From the NCBI GenBank assembly GCA_044342325.1, contig JBIIPZ010000001.1, forward strand, positions 79,564-143,563: DNA of 64,000 nucleotides, read 5' to 3'. The DNA comes from Terrimicrobiaceae bacterium. Its GTDB lineage: Bacteria > Verrucomicrobiota > Verrucomicrobiia > Chthoniobacterales > Terrimicrobiaceae. The first letter of the stretch is position 1, and each line of letters opens with the position of its first letter. Positions 17,979 through 26,552 of this stretch are shown piece by piece. Below the pieces are notes generated by a model. The model made no database searches. It worked only from the letters and a program-made list of their open reading frames with translations, and was not told where the DNA came from. The translations under genes were made by a program, and so were the position numbers.

Positions 17979-20750
17979 TTAATTGGTGAGAGTTGCTGCT
18001 TCTTTGGTGTTTGGTAGCTGGGTCATGTGGTGCTGGGGGTGGCCTGGCTGCTGCTGCGAGTTCGCCGTGAGCATGAAATGGCCTTGAGCGAAGAGTGATG
18101 TCTCGTCTCCGCCTGCGCTGAGCATTTCCGCGATCGCGTCGAAATCCAGGACCAGTGAAAGGCGATCCGATAGGACAGCGCTGCCCCTAAGTCCTCTGGC
18201 TCTGAATGTTGCTTTGTCGATTTGGTCTTCTGAGAGATCGGCGGAGTCGACAATGCGGGAGGCGACAATGCTTAATCCATCGAATGGTGGCCTTGGCACA
18301 ATGAGGAAGAATTCCTCTGCGCGTTGGGTCTGTGGCTTGATAGGGATAAGATCCGAGAGTTGGACCAATCGCAGCGTGGAGTCGTGGTTCTTGCGGAGGC
18401 AATCCATCGAGCCGATGCGCTCGATGTCGGAGGCTTTGACGGATTCGACGCGCATGACTTTTTTGAGGTGGATGGCGAGGAATTCGCCATCGGTCTCCTG
18501 AAAAATAAGCACGCGCTCGGAAGTAGAGTCGGAAAGAGCGACTTCGCTTGATTTCGAGGCGTTGAGAGCCAATTGAGAGGCTGAAATCCTGCCTTGAGCC
18601 ATGGAATTCGGGTCCAGAATCATGGCGATTTCACCCTGACCTAATATCGTGGCTCCTGTATAATAAGGCACGGAGCGAAGATGGCGGCCGAGAGGTTTGA
18701 CCACGATTTCCTCGTTGCTGATAATTTCATTAACGATCAGGCCGTAGGAAACATGGTCCAATCTCAGAACGACCACGAAGTTTTCTTGTTTGGCATTCTC
18801 CCGGGGAGGGTGGCCCAAAAGGTCGGAGAGATCCACGACGGGAAGGAGTTGTCCTCGCAGCTCAAGCACGCGTGCACCGCCCATGGATTTGAGCGGGTAT
18901 TCCTCTCCAGGGTGCACGATTTCATCCACATTGATCTGAGGCAGTGCATAGTTTGTGCCTCGGCAGCCAACGATCAGGGCGGGAACGATCGCCAGTGTGA
19001 GCGGGAGGCGAATAATGATGCGGGTGCCCTGGCCCAAGCGGCTGTCAAGTTCCACATGGCCACCGAGTTTCTCGATGTTGGTTTTCACCACATCCATGCC
19101 AACGCCACGGCCTGAGATGTCACTGACTGCCGCAGCTGTGGAAAAACCAGCGGCGAAGATTAATTGGAGGGCGTCGGAGTCCGTCATGCGGGCGGCTTGA
19201 TCGGCGGTGAGGATCCCTTTTTCGATAGCTTTTGATTTGAGGCGCTCGGGATCCATGCCGCCGCCATCGTCGAGGACCTCGATCTGGACGCGCCCAGCGA
19301 GGTGCGCAGCCGAGAGACGAATGGTTCCGCAGGAGCTTTTGCCTTTGGCTGTCCGATTTGCCGGGGCTTCGATACCGTGATCGACGCTGTTCCTCACAAG
19401 GTGGGTGAGGGGGTCGGAAAGGCCTTCCAGAAGGGTGCGGTCGAGTTCCACATCGTCGCCGAAAATTTCGAGCTGGATTTCCTTGTTCAGCTTGTGGCTG
19501 AGATCGCGGACGATGCGTGTGAATTTCCCAAAAAGACCACCGACTGGCTGCAGGCGGGCTCGCATGATCGTATCCTGAAGATTGGAAGTCACCGAGCTGA
19601 TCTCTTGCACCACGGATTGCATCTGGGAATTGTCAGGGCCATTATCCGAGCGGCCGGCTATCCGCAGGAGTCGGTTGCGGCCGAGAACCATTTCGCCCGC
19701 CAGATTCATGAGCGAGTCGAGAAGGCCGACACTGATGCGAATGGTTTCCTCGGGTTTGCGTCTGGCAGCTGCAACGGGCTTGGGATCAATCTGGGTGGCG
19801 GCTGGCTCCGCAGGTTGAGGCGCGATGGCGGGGACCGTCGGCGAGGTCGGCACGATGCTTTGAGATACGACAACCTCTGGAGTCGTTTCCTCAATCTCTT
19901 GCGACTCGTCCACGATAGGAGAGGTTTTTTCAGTTGGAGCAGTTTTTACCCATTCGCCCAGTTTGGATGATTCGATCTGGTGGATGTTTTCATCGCCCAG
20001 GCCGAGTGCACCACAGAGGATAAATGGCTCCAAGGCCGTTACAAAAAAGAAGCGGCAAGAGACATCGGCCTCTGCACAGTTCGAAAGAGTGACATGATCC
20101 GGTAGTGAGGCTTCGGTGCCTATGAGCGTGCCGAGGGATGTTAGCTCTGATACAAAGTGCTCAAGGGTCTGTGCTTGAGATTCGATCTCTTTTTCCAATC
20201 CTGCTTGCACGATGTAGAAGTTTTGGCCGTGCTTCAGCCCATCCAAAAGATCATCCGGATGAAAATCAAATCTCGCAAGTTCCCTATCAAGGACGGAATC
20301 CGATTTTTTTTCAGGAAGTTTTGGGGCCGGTGTTTCGGCGCCGCTTGCGGCAGCCGACGAGGCCCCCGAGGAAGTGCCGTCGAGAATGGCTTGGAGGCCT
20401 GCAATCTCGCCTTCACAGGCGATTTCTATGGCCCTTTCCGGGTTGCCGAGCATGAGGTTCAGTTTGTCCGAGGTCGAGATGAGCAGGCTGACCATAGGCT
20501 GGTCGGCCTTAAGAACTGCATCCCGCAGGAGCGACATCACGCTCTCCATCACATGGGCGAGCTTGACGATGGGGTCGAAGCCAAAGAAGCCGGCGCCGCC
20601 CTTGAGGCTGTGAACAGATCGGAAAATGCTGTTCAGTAGGGCATTGTCCGTTGGATTCGACTCGAGGGCCATCAAATCCGTTTCAAGGGTCTGCAAGTGC
20701 TCGCTGGACTCTTGAACAAAAAGATCGAGCATTTCCTGATCGGCACTCAT
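17979..20750 (-). CDS. cheA: Chemotaxis histidine kinase with a second CheW-like domain at the C-terminus
   Basis: Hpt FRSVHSLKG, HLVRNSVDHG, DDGGG, GFST..VSDISGRGVGMDVV, EIVVKPL. Confidence 0.96.
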   Translation of the reverse strand: MSADQEMLDLFVQESSEHLQTLETDLMALESNPTDNALLNSIFRSVHSLKGGAGFFGFDPIVKLAHVMESVMSLLRDAVLKADQPMVSLLISTSDKLNLMLGNPERAIEIACEGEIAGLQAILDGTSSGASSAAASGAETPAPKLPEKKSDSVLDRELARFDFHPDDLLDGLKHGQNFYIVQAGLEKEIESQAQTLEHFVSELTSLGTLIGTEASLPDHVTLSNCAEADVSCRFFFVTALEPFILCGALGLGDENIHQIESSKLGEWVKTAPTEKTSPIVDESQEIEETTPEVVVSQSIVPTSPTVPAIAPQPAEPAATQIDPKPVAAARRKPEETIRISVGLLDSLMNLAGEMVLGRNRLLRIAGRSDNGPDNSQMQSVVQEISSVTSNLQDTIMRARLQPVGGLFGKFTRIVRDLSHKLNKEIQLEIFGDDVELDRTLLEGLSDPLTHLVRNSVDHGIEAPANRTAKGKSSCGTIRLSAAHLAGRVQIEVLDDGGGMDPERLKSKAIEKGILTADQAARMTDSDALQLIFAAGFSTAAAVSDISGRGVGMDVVKTNIEKLGGHVELDSRLGQGTRIIIRLPLTLAIVPALIVGCRGTNYALPQINVDEIVHPGEEYPLKSMGGARVLELRGQLLPVVDLSDLLGHPPRENAKQENFVVVLRLDHVSYGLIVNEIISNEEIVVKPLGRHLRSVPYYTGATILGQGEIAMILDPNSMAQGRISASQLALNASKSSEVALSDSTSERVLIFQETDGEFLAIHLKKVMRVESVKASDIERIGSMDCLRKNHDSTLRLVQLSDLIPIKPQTQRAEEFFLIVPRPPFDGLSIVASRIVDSADLSEDQIDKATFRARGLRGSAVLSDRLSLVLDFDAIAEMLSAGGDETSLFAQGHFMLTANSQQQPGHPQHHMTQLPNTKEAATLTN

Positions 20751-21064
20751 TCGGCGTCCTCCTGGGTTATGATGGACATGCGGCGTTTAAGATTGAACAC
20801 ATTCAGAAATTGTTTCGCCTCCGGCGAGGCTTGGATTTTCAGGGCAAGTCCCCGGTTTTGACATTCCTGAGCCAGGGTAAGTAGAATCTTGATCGTTCCC
20901 GAGTCGAAGCTGGCGGTCTCTGAGAGGTCGAGTTCGACTGTGCTTGCGCCATCCGCCTTTTCGAGTGCCTTCTGGAGCTGTGGGGCGGCTTTGACGGCGG
21001 TCGAGACGTTCAACTCAAGACCAGGCGTGATCTTGAAGATGCCTTTTTGGTTCTTCGTTTTCAT
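20747..21064 (-). CDS. STAS-domain protein
   Basis: VELDLSETASFDSG.I.LL pattern; 105 aa; overlaps cheA start. Confidence 0.8.
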   Translation of the reverse strand: MKTKNQKGIFKITPGLELNVSTAVKAAPQLQKALEKADGASTVELDLSETASFDSGTIKILLTLAQECQNRGLALKIQASPEAKQFLNVFNLKRRMSIITQEDAE

Positions 21065-21594
21065 GCCGAGTGGTTTTTCTTAAGCTCCGACATGGACACA
21101 AGGTTGCCGATTTGCAGCACGGTGGTGAGGGTGTCTTGAGAGCTGATAACTCCGGCGATGAACCGGGTATCCAAACCGCTGAGTGCCTCTGGAGGAGGTG
21201 GCAGAACCTTTGTTTCAGGCGGTAGGATGTCTCCAATGGCGTCGACGAGCAGGCCGGTTGGGTCGGCGTCCGCCAGCTCATGGTCTTCGGGTGGGTGGGG
21301 AAGGCGCACCAGGTCGTTTGTTGTCTTGAAAAAGATGCAGCGGCTCGAGGGGCGGTTTTCAGGGATGGGGTGGCCGAGGCGTTCCTCCAAGTCGAGAGCC
21401 GTTAAAATCTGGCCTCTCAAGTGCACGACGCCGCGCACATAGGAGGAAGCCAGTTTGACAGGAGTCACGGATGGGCAGCGCAGGACTTCTTTAACCCAGA
21501 GAAGGTCACAAGCGTATTGCCGGCCGCAGGAAGTGAATCCCAGCCATTGCGATTCTCTGGATAAGGGTCCTGCTTTTGCGAGGCTAAGATTCAC
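21061..21594 (-). CDS. cheW: Chemotaxis coupling protein
   Basis: VKEVL...VTPV.LA..YVRGVVHLRGQI, GLLVD.IGD. Confidence 0.9.
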   Translation of the reverse strand: MNLSLAKAGPLSRESQWLGFTSCGRQYACDLLWVKEVLRCPSVTPVKLASSYVRGVVHLRGQILTALDLEERLGHPIPENRPSSRCIFFKTTNDLVRLPHPPEDHELADADPTGLLVDAIGDILPPETKVLPPPPEALSGLDTRFIAGVISSQDTLTTVLQIGNLVSMSELKKNHSA

Positions 21595-21618
21595 TTAAGA
21601 TATGGTGAGGGTTGATCG

Positions 21619-22836
21619 TTAAAACGCCTTTTTAGCGGCGTCTCGATTTGGGTAAATATCCAGCGTGGTCTGGCCCTCAAATGGATTCTTAATATCTTTG
21701 AACGCAGCCACTTTTTGGTTGCTTGCAACGAGTGTGGGCAGGGTGAAGATGTCATCATCCGATCCCACGATGCGCCACGCGATATCCAAGGCCTTTGCTT
21801 CGACAAGGATGCATGCGATGGCTCGGAGCAATGGGATTTCAAATTTTTTGACCCCAGTCAGATCCATGATGAGTTTGTTGTGTCCGGAGTTTACGAGGCC
21901 GGAAAGTCTGGCGCGGGAATAGCGAACAAGGTCGAGCGACCCGATCTCACTCAGATCCTCCGGCATGGAGACAACGAGAGCATCCTCGTCCATACTGTAG
22001 AAGAGCGGCGTGTTATCCAAATCCATGGCGCGGACTAAGCGGTCTGGAAGCTCTTTCAGGTCGAGAGGTTTCGTGATGCTGCCAACAAATCCTGTATCTT
22101 TCGCATTGTTTTGCTCGAAAGTTGCTGTTTTGACACAGAGACCCATAAGCGGCACCTTGCTCAATGCGGGATTCGAGCGCACGGTTGCGTAGAAGGTCAG
22201 GGCTGCTTTGTTAGGGTAAGCGAGGCTTATCAGAATGATGTCGGGTGTATTTTCAACTGGCACCGAGGAGGCGACTTCTGCAGCCGCTTCGGTCGGACTT
22301 GCACTGCCCACGACTTTCCAACCGCGATTTGAAACCGCTTTTTGGATGGACTCGATGATGGCCGGGTGCTCGTCAACAACGAGGATTTTTAGAGCATCCG
22401 TCACGGATTTCTGTTTCTTGCCGGGTCCTGCTGCGACCGCAGCTGGTGCTGCAGCTCCCTTGTGTTTGAGGTCCACCAGCTTTGATACGCGGTCAACGAC
22501 GTTTGCTTCTGTGAAGGGTTTGACGATGTAGTCGCGGACACCCATTTTGGCGATCTTGAGCACATTCTCTTTGCCTGCCTCGGCAGTGAGCATGATAACT
22601 GGAATGTCTTTGAGTGCCGGGTCTGCTTTGAGTTTCCCGAGGCATTCCACGCCGTCCATGACAGGCATGGTCACATCGAGAAGAATGACATCTGGTTTTT
22701 CATTGGCGGCTACTTCCAGGCCTTCGGCTCCATTGTTGGCGAACAGCATTTGGACATCATAAGGTGCAAAGCCTTTGTTGATAAGGGTGTGGATCATTCG
22801 ACTGTCGTCGACGCTAAGAATTTTAGGTGAGCTCAT
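21619..22836 (-). CDS. Response regulator: receiver, pseudo-receiver and STAS-like tail
   Basis: First receiver VDDS/LLDVTMP/MLTAE/VKPF; second VVDEH/ILISL/TKPL; tail KLIMDLTGV. Confidence 0.8.
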   Translation of the reverse strand: MSSPKILSVDDSRMIHTLINKGFAPYDVQMLFANNGAEGLEVAANEKPDVILLDVTMPVMDGVECLGKLKADPALKDIPVIMLTAEAGKENVLKIAKMGVRDYIVKPFTEANVVDRVSKLVDLKHKGAAAPAAVAAGPGKKQKSVTDALKILVVDEHPAIIESIQKAVSNRGWKVVGSASPTEAAAEVASSVPVENTPDIILISLAYPNKAALTFYATVRSNPALSKVPLMGLCVKTATFEQNNAKDTGFVGSITKPLDLKELPDRLVRAMDLDNTPLFYSMDEDALVVSMPEDLSEIGSLDLVRYSRARLSGLVNSGHNKLIMDLTGVKKFEIPLLRAIACILVEAKALDIAWRIVGSDDDIFTLPTLVASNQKVAAFKDIKNPFEGQTTLDIYPNRDAAKKAF

Positions 22837-22851
22837 AGATAGAAGAAAAAG

Positions 22852-23343
22852 TTAGTGTTCCAATGCGGCAAAAGCTTGAACAACCAAGCTGCCGGGGCAG
22901 TCCTCGATCGTGTAGTCGTTCCGAACGCTAACGGAGGCTGTCTTTGCCGAGACCCTGATATCATCGCCCTTTACGACGCTGGGAATGCTGAGGCTGCAAT
23001 TGAAACCTGAATCGCACAGCTGGGACTTGAGGTTTCCCGTGATCATGTTTGTGAGTTCTGCAACGACATCTGAAACATCTTGGTCGCTGGCGCTTCCTCC
23101 GAGGATTTTTTCTGCCACGCACTGCGCCAGATCATAAGAAAAAGCGGTATAAACCATGCCGTTGACTTTTCCGCTCAGGCCGATGGAACCAGTCACGCCG
23201 ACCAAACTTGCAGGCTGTGGTGCGTTTTCATTTCCCGTTCCAGGTTTGGCCGTGACACCTACCATGGTCTGCATGACCTCTGGAACATATCGGTTAAGAG
23301 TTGCTAAAAATAATTCGCCACCGGGCACGTTATAGTTTGACAT
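22852..23343 (-). CDS. cheX: CheX-like phosphatase
   Basis: VTGSIGLSG, DVVAELTNMITGN, LSIPSVV.G. Confidence 0.9.
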   Translation of the reverse strand: MSNYNVPGGELFLATLNRYVPEVMQTMVGVTAKPGTGNENAPQPASLVGVTGSIGLSGKVNGMVYTAFSYDLAQCVAEKILGGSASDQDVSDVVAELTNMITGNLKSQLCDSGFNCSLSIPSVVKGDDIRVSAKTASVSVRNDYTIEDCPGSLVVQAFAALEH

Positions 23344-23483
23344 ATTAATTTAGTTTGAACTTGGGCACATTTTTAACTGCTAAGAACTCCTCAAATTCGG
23401 CGTTCTCCCCTTGATGCGGCGACTTTTTGACCAAAATTACTCCATGCGGTCAATCGTCTTGTTGGATAAAATGGGAATTCCCT

Positions 23484-25133
23484 TCAAAATTTCCCGCATT
23501 CGAGTTCCAGTGTGATGGTCGGGCGGTCGCAGATATCGGCCGGGCCGAAGTATTGAATTGGGCCGGGGAATGCGTATTGGGTTTCCTTCGCCCAGGAGGC
23601 GCGGTGTTTTTCGAATTCCTTGAAGGCGGGGCCGTCAAGTTCGACGAGGGCTTTTTTGATGACGGGCACCATTTTGCCGTGGCGGCGTTCCATGTTCATC
23701 ATCTGGGCCATAGGGATGCCGCCCGCTTGCCAGTCGGCGGCGGGTTTGGTTAGGCCGCGAACGGAGCAGATGTAGCCTGTGAGGCCCTCGCGGAGGAGGA
23801 GGGCGGCGGTGAAGCCGAGCGTGTAGGTGTAGTCGGCGTCGAAGTTCGACGGCACGGCGCAGCGGCCTTCATAGCCAAAATAGTGCGGCTGGGGCGAGAA
23901 GCTGGCTTTATAGGTGCCGGCGGCTTTCATTTCTTTCAAGCGCGCTTCGACGAGGTCGATCAGGAGGCGCTGGGTGTCAATGCGGGCGACTTGCACATTA
24001 CCGTGCGGATCGCGGTCGAGGATAAGTTGATTCGCGATGTCATCCGGCAGGCTGCGATAGAGCGATGCGGCGGCTGCGGTGAGCTTCGCGGCGACGAATT
24101 CGCGTTTTTGCGGGAGCGTTTCCAGGGCGTTGAAGGCGTCGCCGTGGTGTGCGAGGGTGTCGTTGAGTTCGCCGATGAGGGCGCCCATTTCCGGAACGAA
24201 TTCGATGAGGCCTTCGGGAATGAGAACGGTTCCGAATTTTTCGCCGTTGTCCGCGCGGTGGGCGACGGTGTCTGAGATCTGGTCGACGATTTGCTTGAGC
24301 GTGAGCCCGCGCTCAGCGACTTCCTCGGAGATGAGTGTGATATTCGGATGCGTCTGCAGCGCGCATTCCAGGGCGATGTGTGAGGCCGAGCGGCCCATGA
24401 GCTTGATGAAGTGCCAGTATTTGCGGGCCGAGATGGCGTCGCGCTGGATGTTTCCGATGAGGTCGGAGTAAACCTTGCTGGCCGTGTCGAAACCGAAGCT
24501 TGTCTCGATGTGCTCGCCGCGCAGGTCGCCATCAATCGTCTTCGGAACGCCGACGACGCAAAGCGGGGCGTTGTTGGCTTTTGCAAACTCGGCGAGCTTC
24601 GAGGCGTTGGAATTTGAGTCGTCACCGCCGATGACCACCAGTGCGGTGAGATCGCGGGATTTTGCGGTTTCGAGGGCTTTGAGAAAATCCTCGTGCGATT
24701 CGAGTTTCGTGCGGCCCGAGCCGATGATGTCAAACCCACCGGTGTTGCGGTAGCTCTCGAGGAGCTTGGCGTCGATTTCGATGCCCTTGTTCGTGAGAAG
24801 GCCGTCCGGGCCATTCAGGAAGCCGATGAGCGAGCTTTCGGGATGGATGCTTTTAATGGCGTCGAAGAGACCGGCGATGACATTGTGTCCACCGGGCGCA
24901 GGGCCGCCGGAGAGGATCACGCCAACGCGGATCGGCGAAGCTGCGGCTGGTGCGGAGCCTTTTTCAAAGGTCACAGCGGGTAGGTCGAAGGTGTTTGGAA
25001 AAAGGGCGCGGATTTCGCTGTTGCTGGATGTCGGTAACGGAGTCTGCTTCGCGGTGGATGCCGCGCTGAGCGAGGCTGGGAGCTTGGGACGGTATGCTGA
25101 ACGGGCTTGGGCGAGTGCTGTTTGCTGGATCAT
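23484..25133 (-). CDS. pfp: Pyrophosphate-dependent phosphofructokinase (long clade)
   Basis: SGGPAPGGHNV, GGDDSN, PKTIDGD, KLMGRSASH, FGYEGRC, YAFPGPIQY. Confidence 0.95.
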   Translation of the reverse strand: MIQQTALAQARSAYRPKLPASLSAASTAKQTPLPTSSNSEIRALFPNTFDLPAVTFEKGSAPAAASPIRVGVILSGGPAPGGHNVIAGLFDAIKSIHPESSLIGFLNGPDGLLTNKGIEIDAKLLESYRNTGGFDIIGSGRTKLESHEDFLKALETAKSRDLTALVVIGGDDSNSNASKLAEFAKANNAPLCVVGVPKTIDGDLRGEHIETSFGFDTASKVYSDLIGNIQRDAISARKYWHFIKLMGRSASHIALECALQTHPNITLISEEVAERGLTLKQIVDQISDTVAHRADNGEKFGTVLIPEGLIEFVPEMGALIGELNDTLAHHGDAFNALETLPQKREFVAAKLTAAAASLYRSLPDDIANQLILDRDPHGNVQVARIDTQRLLIDLVEARLKEMKAAGTYKASFSPQPHYFGYEGRCAVPSNFDADYTYTLGFTAALLLREGLTGYICSVRGLTKPAADWQAGGIPMAQMMNMERRHGKMVPVIKKALVELDGPAFKEFEKHRASWAKETQYAFPGPIQYFGPADICDRPTITLELECGKF

Positions 25134-25193
25134 GGAATGCGATAAAGGAAGGCGCTTTATTAGCCTTCTCAAAAACGAACGCAAGCGCGGCTT

Positions 25194-26549
25194 TTACTCG
25201 GAAGCGGGCGGTGTATCCTGGGGCAGCGTAGTGCTGGTTGGATCTACAGACGGGGAGGGATTCGGCGTCGGGCTAGGACTTGGAGTCGGCGAAGGTGTTG
25301 GCGTCGGCCACGGGGGCACAAGATTTGGCCATTCGTGCAATGGCACGGTGAGGCCGCCGAGTTCCTCAGCGAGTTGAGTGCATTTTTCCCGCCACTTCGC
25401 GAGATCAGGCGGGCCGGGGGATTCATCGGCCGAACCAGGGAAGACGAGGTAGGTCACATTGAGGTCGCTGGCGGCGCGGATGATATTCGACGAGCGCTGG
25501 CTGAGTTCGCGGCAGAGCAGGAGTGAGGCCTCGCCGACTTTGTGGGAGGGGCCGGAATCGCCTAGGATGGCGGGATAGGCCCGGCCCTCGTGGATTACGA
25601 TGGCGTAGTCCCCGATTTTCGGCACGAAGGGGCCGGTGTGGTCCCTCATGATGAATCCCGGTAGGACGATGAAGGGGTCCACCGAGGAGACCAGAAAGCT
25701 CCATTTCTTCAGGTCGTGGATGCGGCGGGTGGCGAGGTCGATGCCTTCGTTGATCTGGGTCACGCGTGCTGGCTTAAGTTCAGGCTTGAGTTTTTCGGCT
25801 TTGAAATCGGCGAGTCGCTTTTCCTCGATTGCCAGCATGAGATTCGCCCGCTCGGTCTGTTTCGGCCAGCGATAGCTCGTCTGGGGAAGAAAGAAAATGG
25901 ATGACGAATCGACTTGGACATTGCGGTCGCCATCCGAGCCGTCCGTGTTCACATCCATGTCAGCTATGACGAGCAGCGCGCGGCGCGATGTGGCGGTGTT
26001 CTCGAGCTCAAGCATCGTCTCGCAGTCGTAAAAATTATGCCGAGTGAGCACGGCGTCGAGGTTGGCTAGCTTGCGGTTTAGGTCGTTTGTTTTGAGTTCG
26101 TAGATTTTTTCAAAAAACGGAGACACCGAAGCGCTGGTAAGCAGGACGGGAAGGTCCTTGAAAACGCTGGGCAGCGAGGGGTCGCTTGCCGCGATGTCTT
26201 CGAGCGCGAGGGCCGGGCGTGGCAGGCGGGCGCGCAAGGTCAGCTCGACTTTATAGGCATCCGGGTCACGGCGGTCCTGCGATGCCAGTTCGTTCGATGC
26301 ATTCGCAACAGCGGCGGATTCCAGCGAGATGCCGCTGAAGAGCGTGGCCGTGGGAAGCGGCTTGCGAACCAGAGCGGGTATCGGCTTGGGCGTCGGGACC
26401 GGTGTCGGCGTGGGGGAGGGCATTGGCGTTGGGGGAGGAGGGGGTGGCGGCGGAGCTTTCGGGCAGGCGGTGAGGCTGAACGCGGCGAAGCACACTCCGA
26501 GAGCTGCAAATCCCCTGCGCCACCTGCCTGCCGTCGCGCCCGTTTTCAT
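25194..26549 (-). CDS. GH75 (chitosanase-like) lipoprotein with Pro/Thr-rich linkers
   Basis: Lipobox FSLTAC; DMDVNTDG, FIVLP, ILGDSGP...GEAS. Confidence 0.75.
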   Translation of the reverse strand: MKTGATAGRWRRGFAALGVCFAAFSLTACPKAPPPPPPPPTPMPSPTPTPVPTPKPIPALVRKPLPTATLFSGISLESAAVANASNELASQDRRDPDAYKVELTLRARLPRPALALEDIAASDPSLPSVFKDLPVLLTSASVSPFFEKIYELKTNDLNRKLANLDAVLTRHNFYDCETMLELENTATSRRALLVIADMDVNTDGSDGDRNVQVDSSSIFFLPQTSYRWPKQTERANLMLAIEEKRLADFKAEKLKPELKPARVTQINEGIDLATRRIHDLKKWSFLVSSVDPFIVLPGFIMRDHTGPFVPKIGDYAIVIHEGRAYPAILGDSGPSHKVGEASLLLCRELSQRSSNIIRAASDLNVTYLVFPGSADESPGPPDLAKWREKCTQLAEELGGLTVPLHEWPNLVPPWPTPTPSPTPSPSPTPNPSPSVDPTSTTLPQDTPPASE

Positions 26550-26552
26550 TCC

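Noticed and set aside
4235..25133. Two phosphofructokinases
   Set aside because: Co-occurrence of ATP-type (GGDG) and PPi-type (GGDD) enzymes is common.
25230..25320. Pro/Thr/Ser codon repeats at both ends of the GH75 gene
   Set aside because: Ordinary low-complexity linker coding, not a DNA repeat element.
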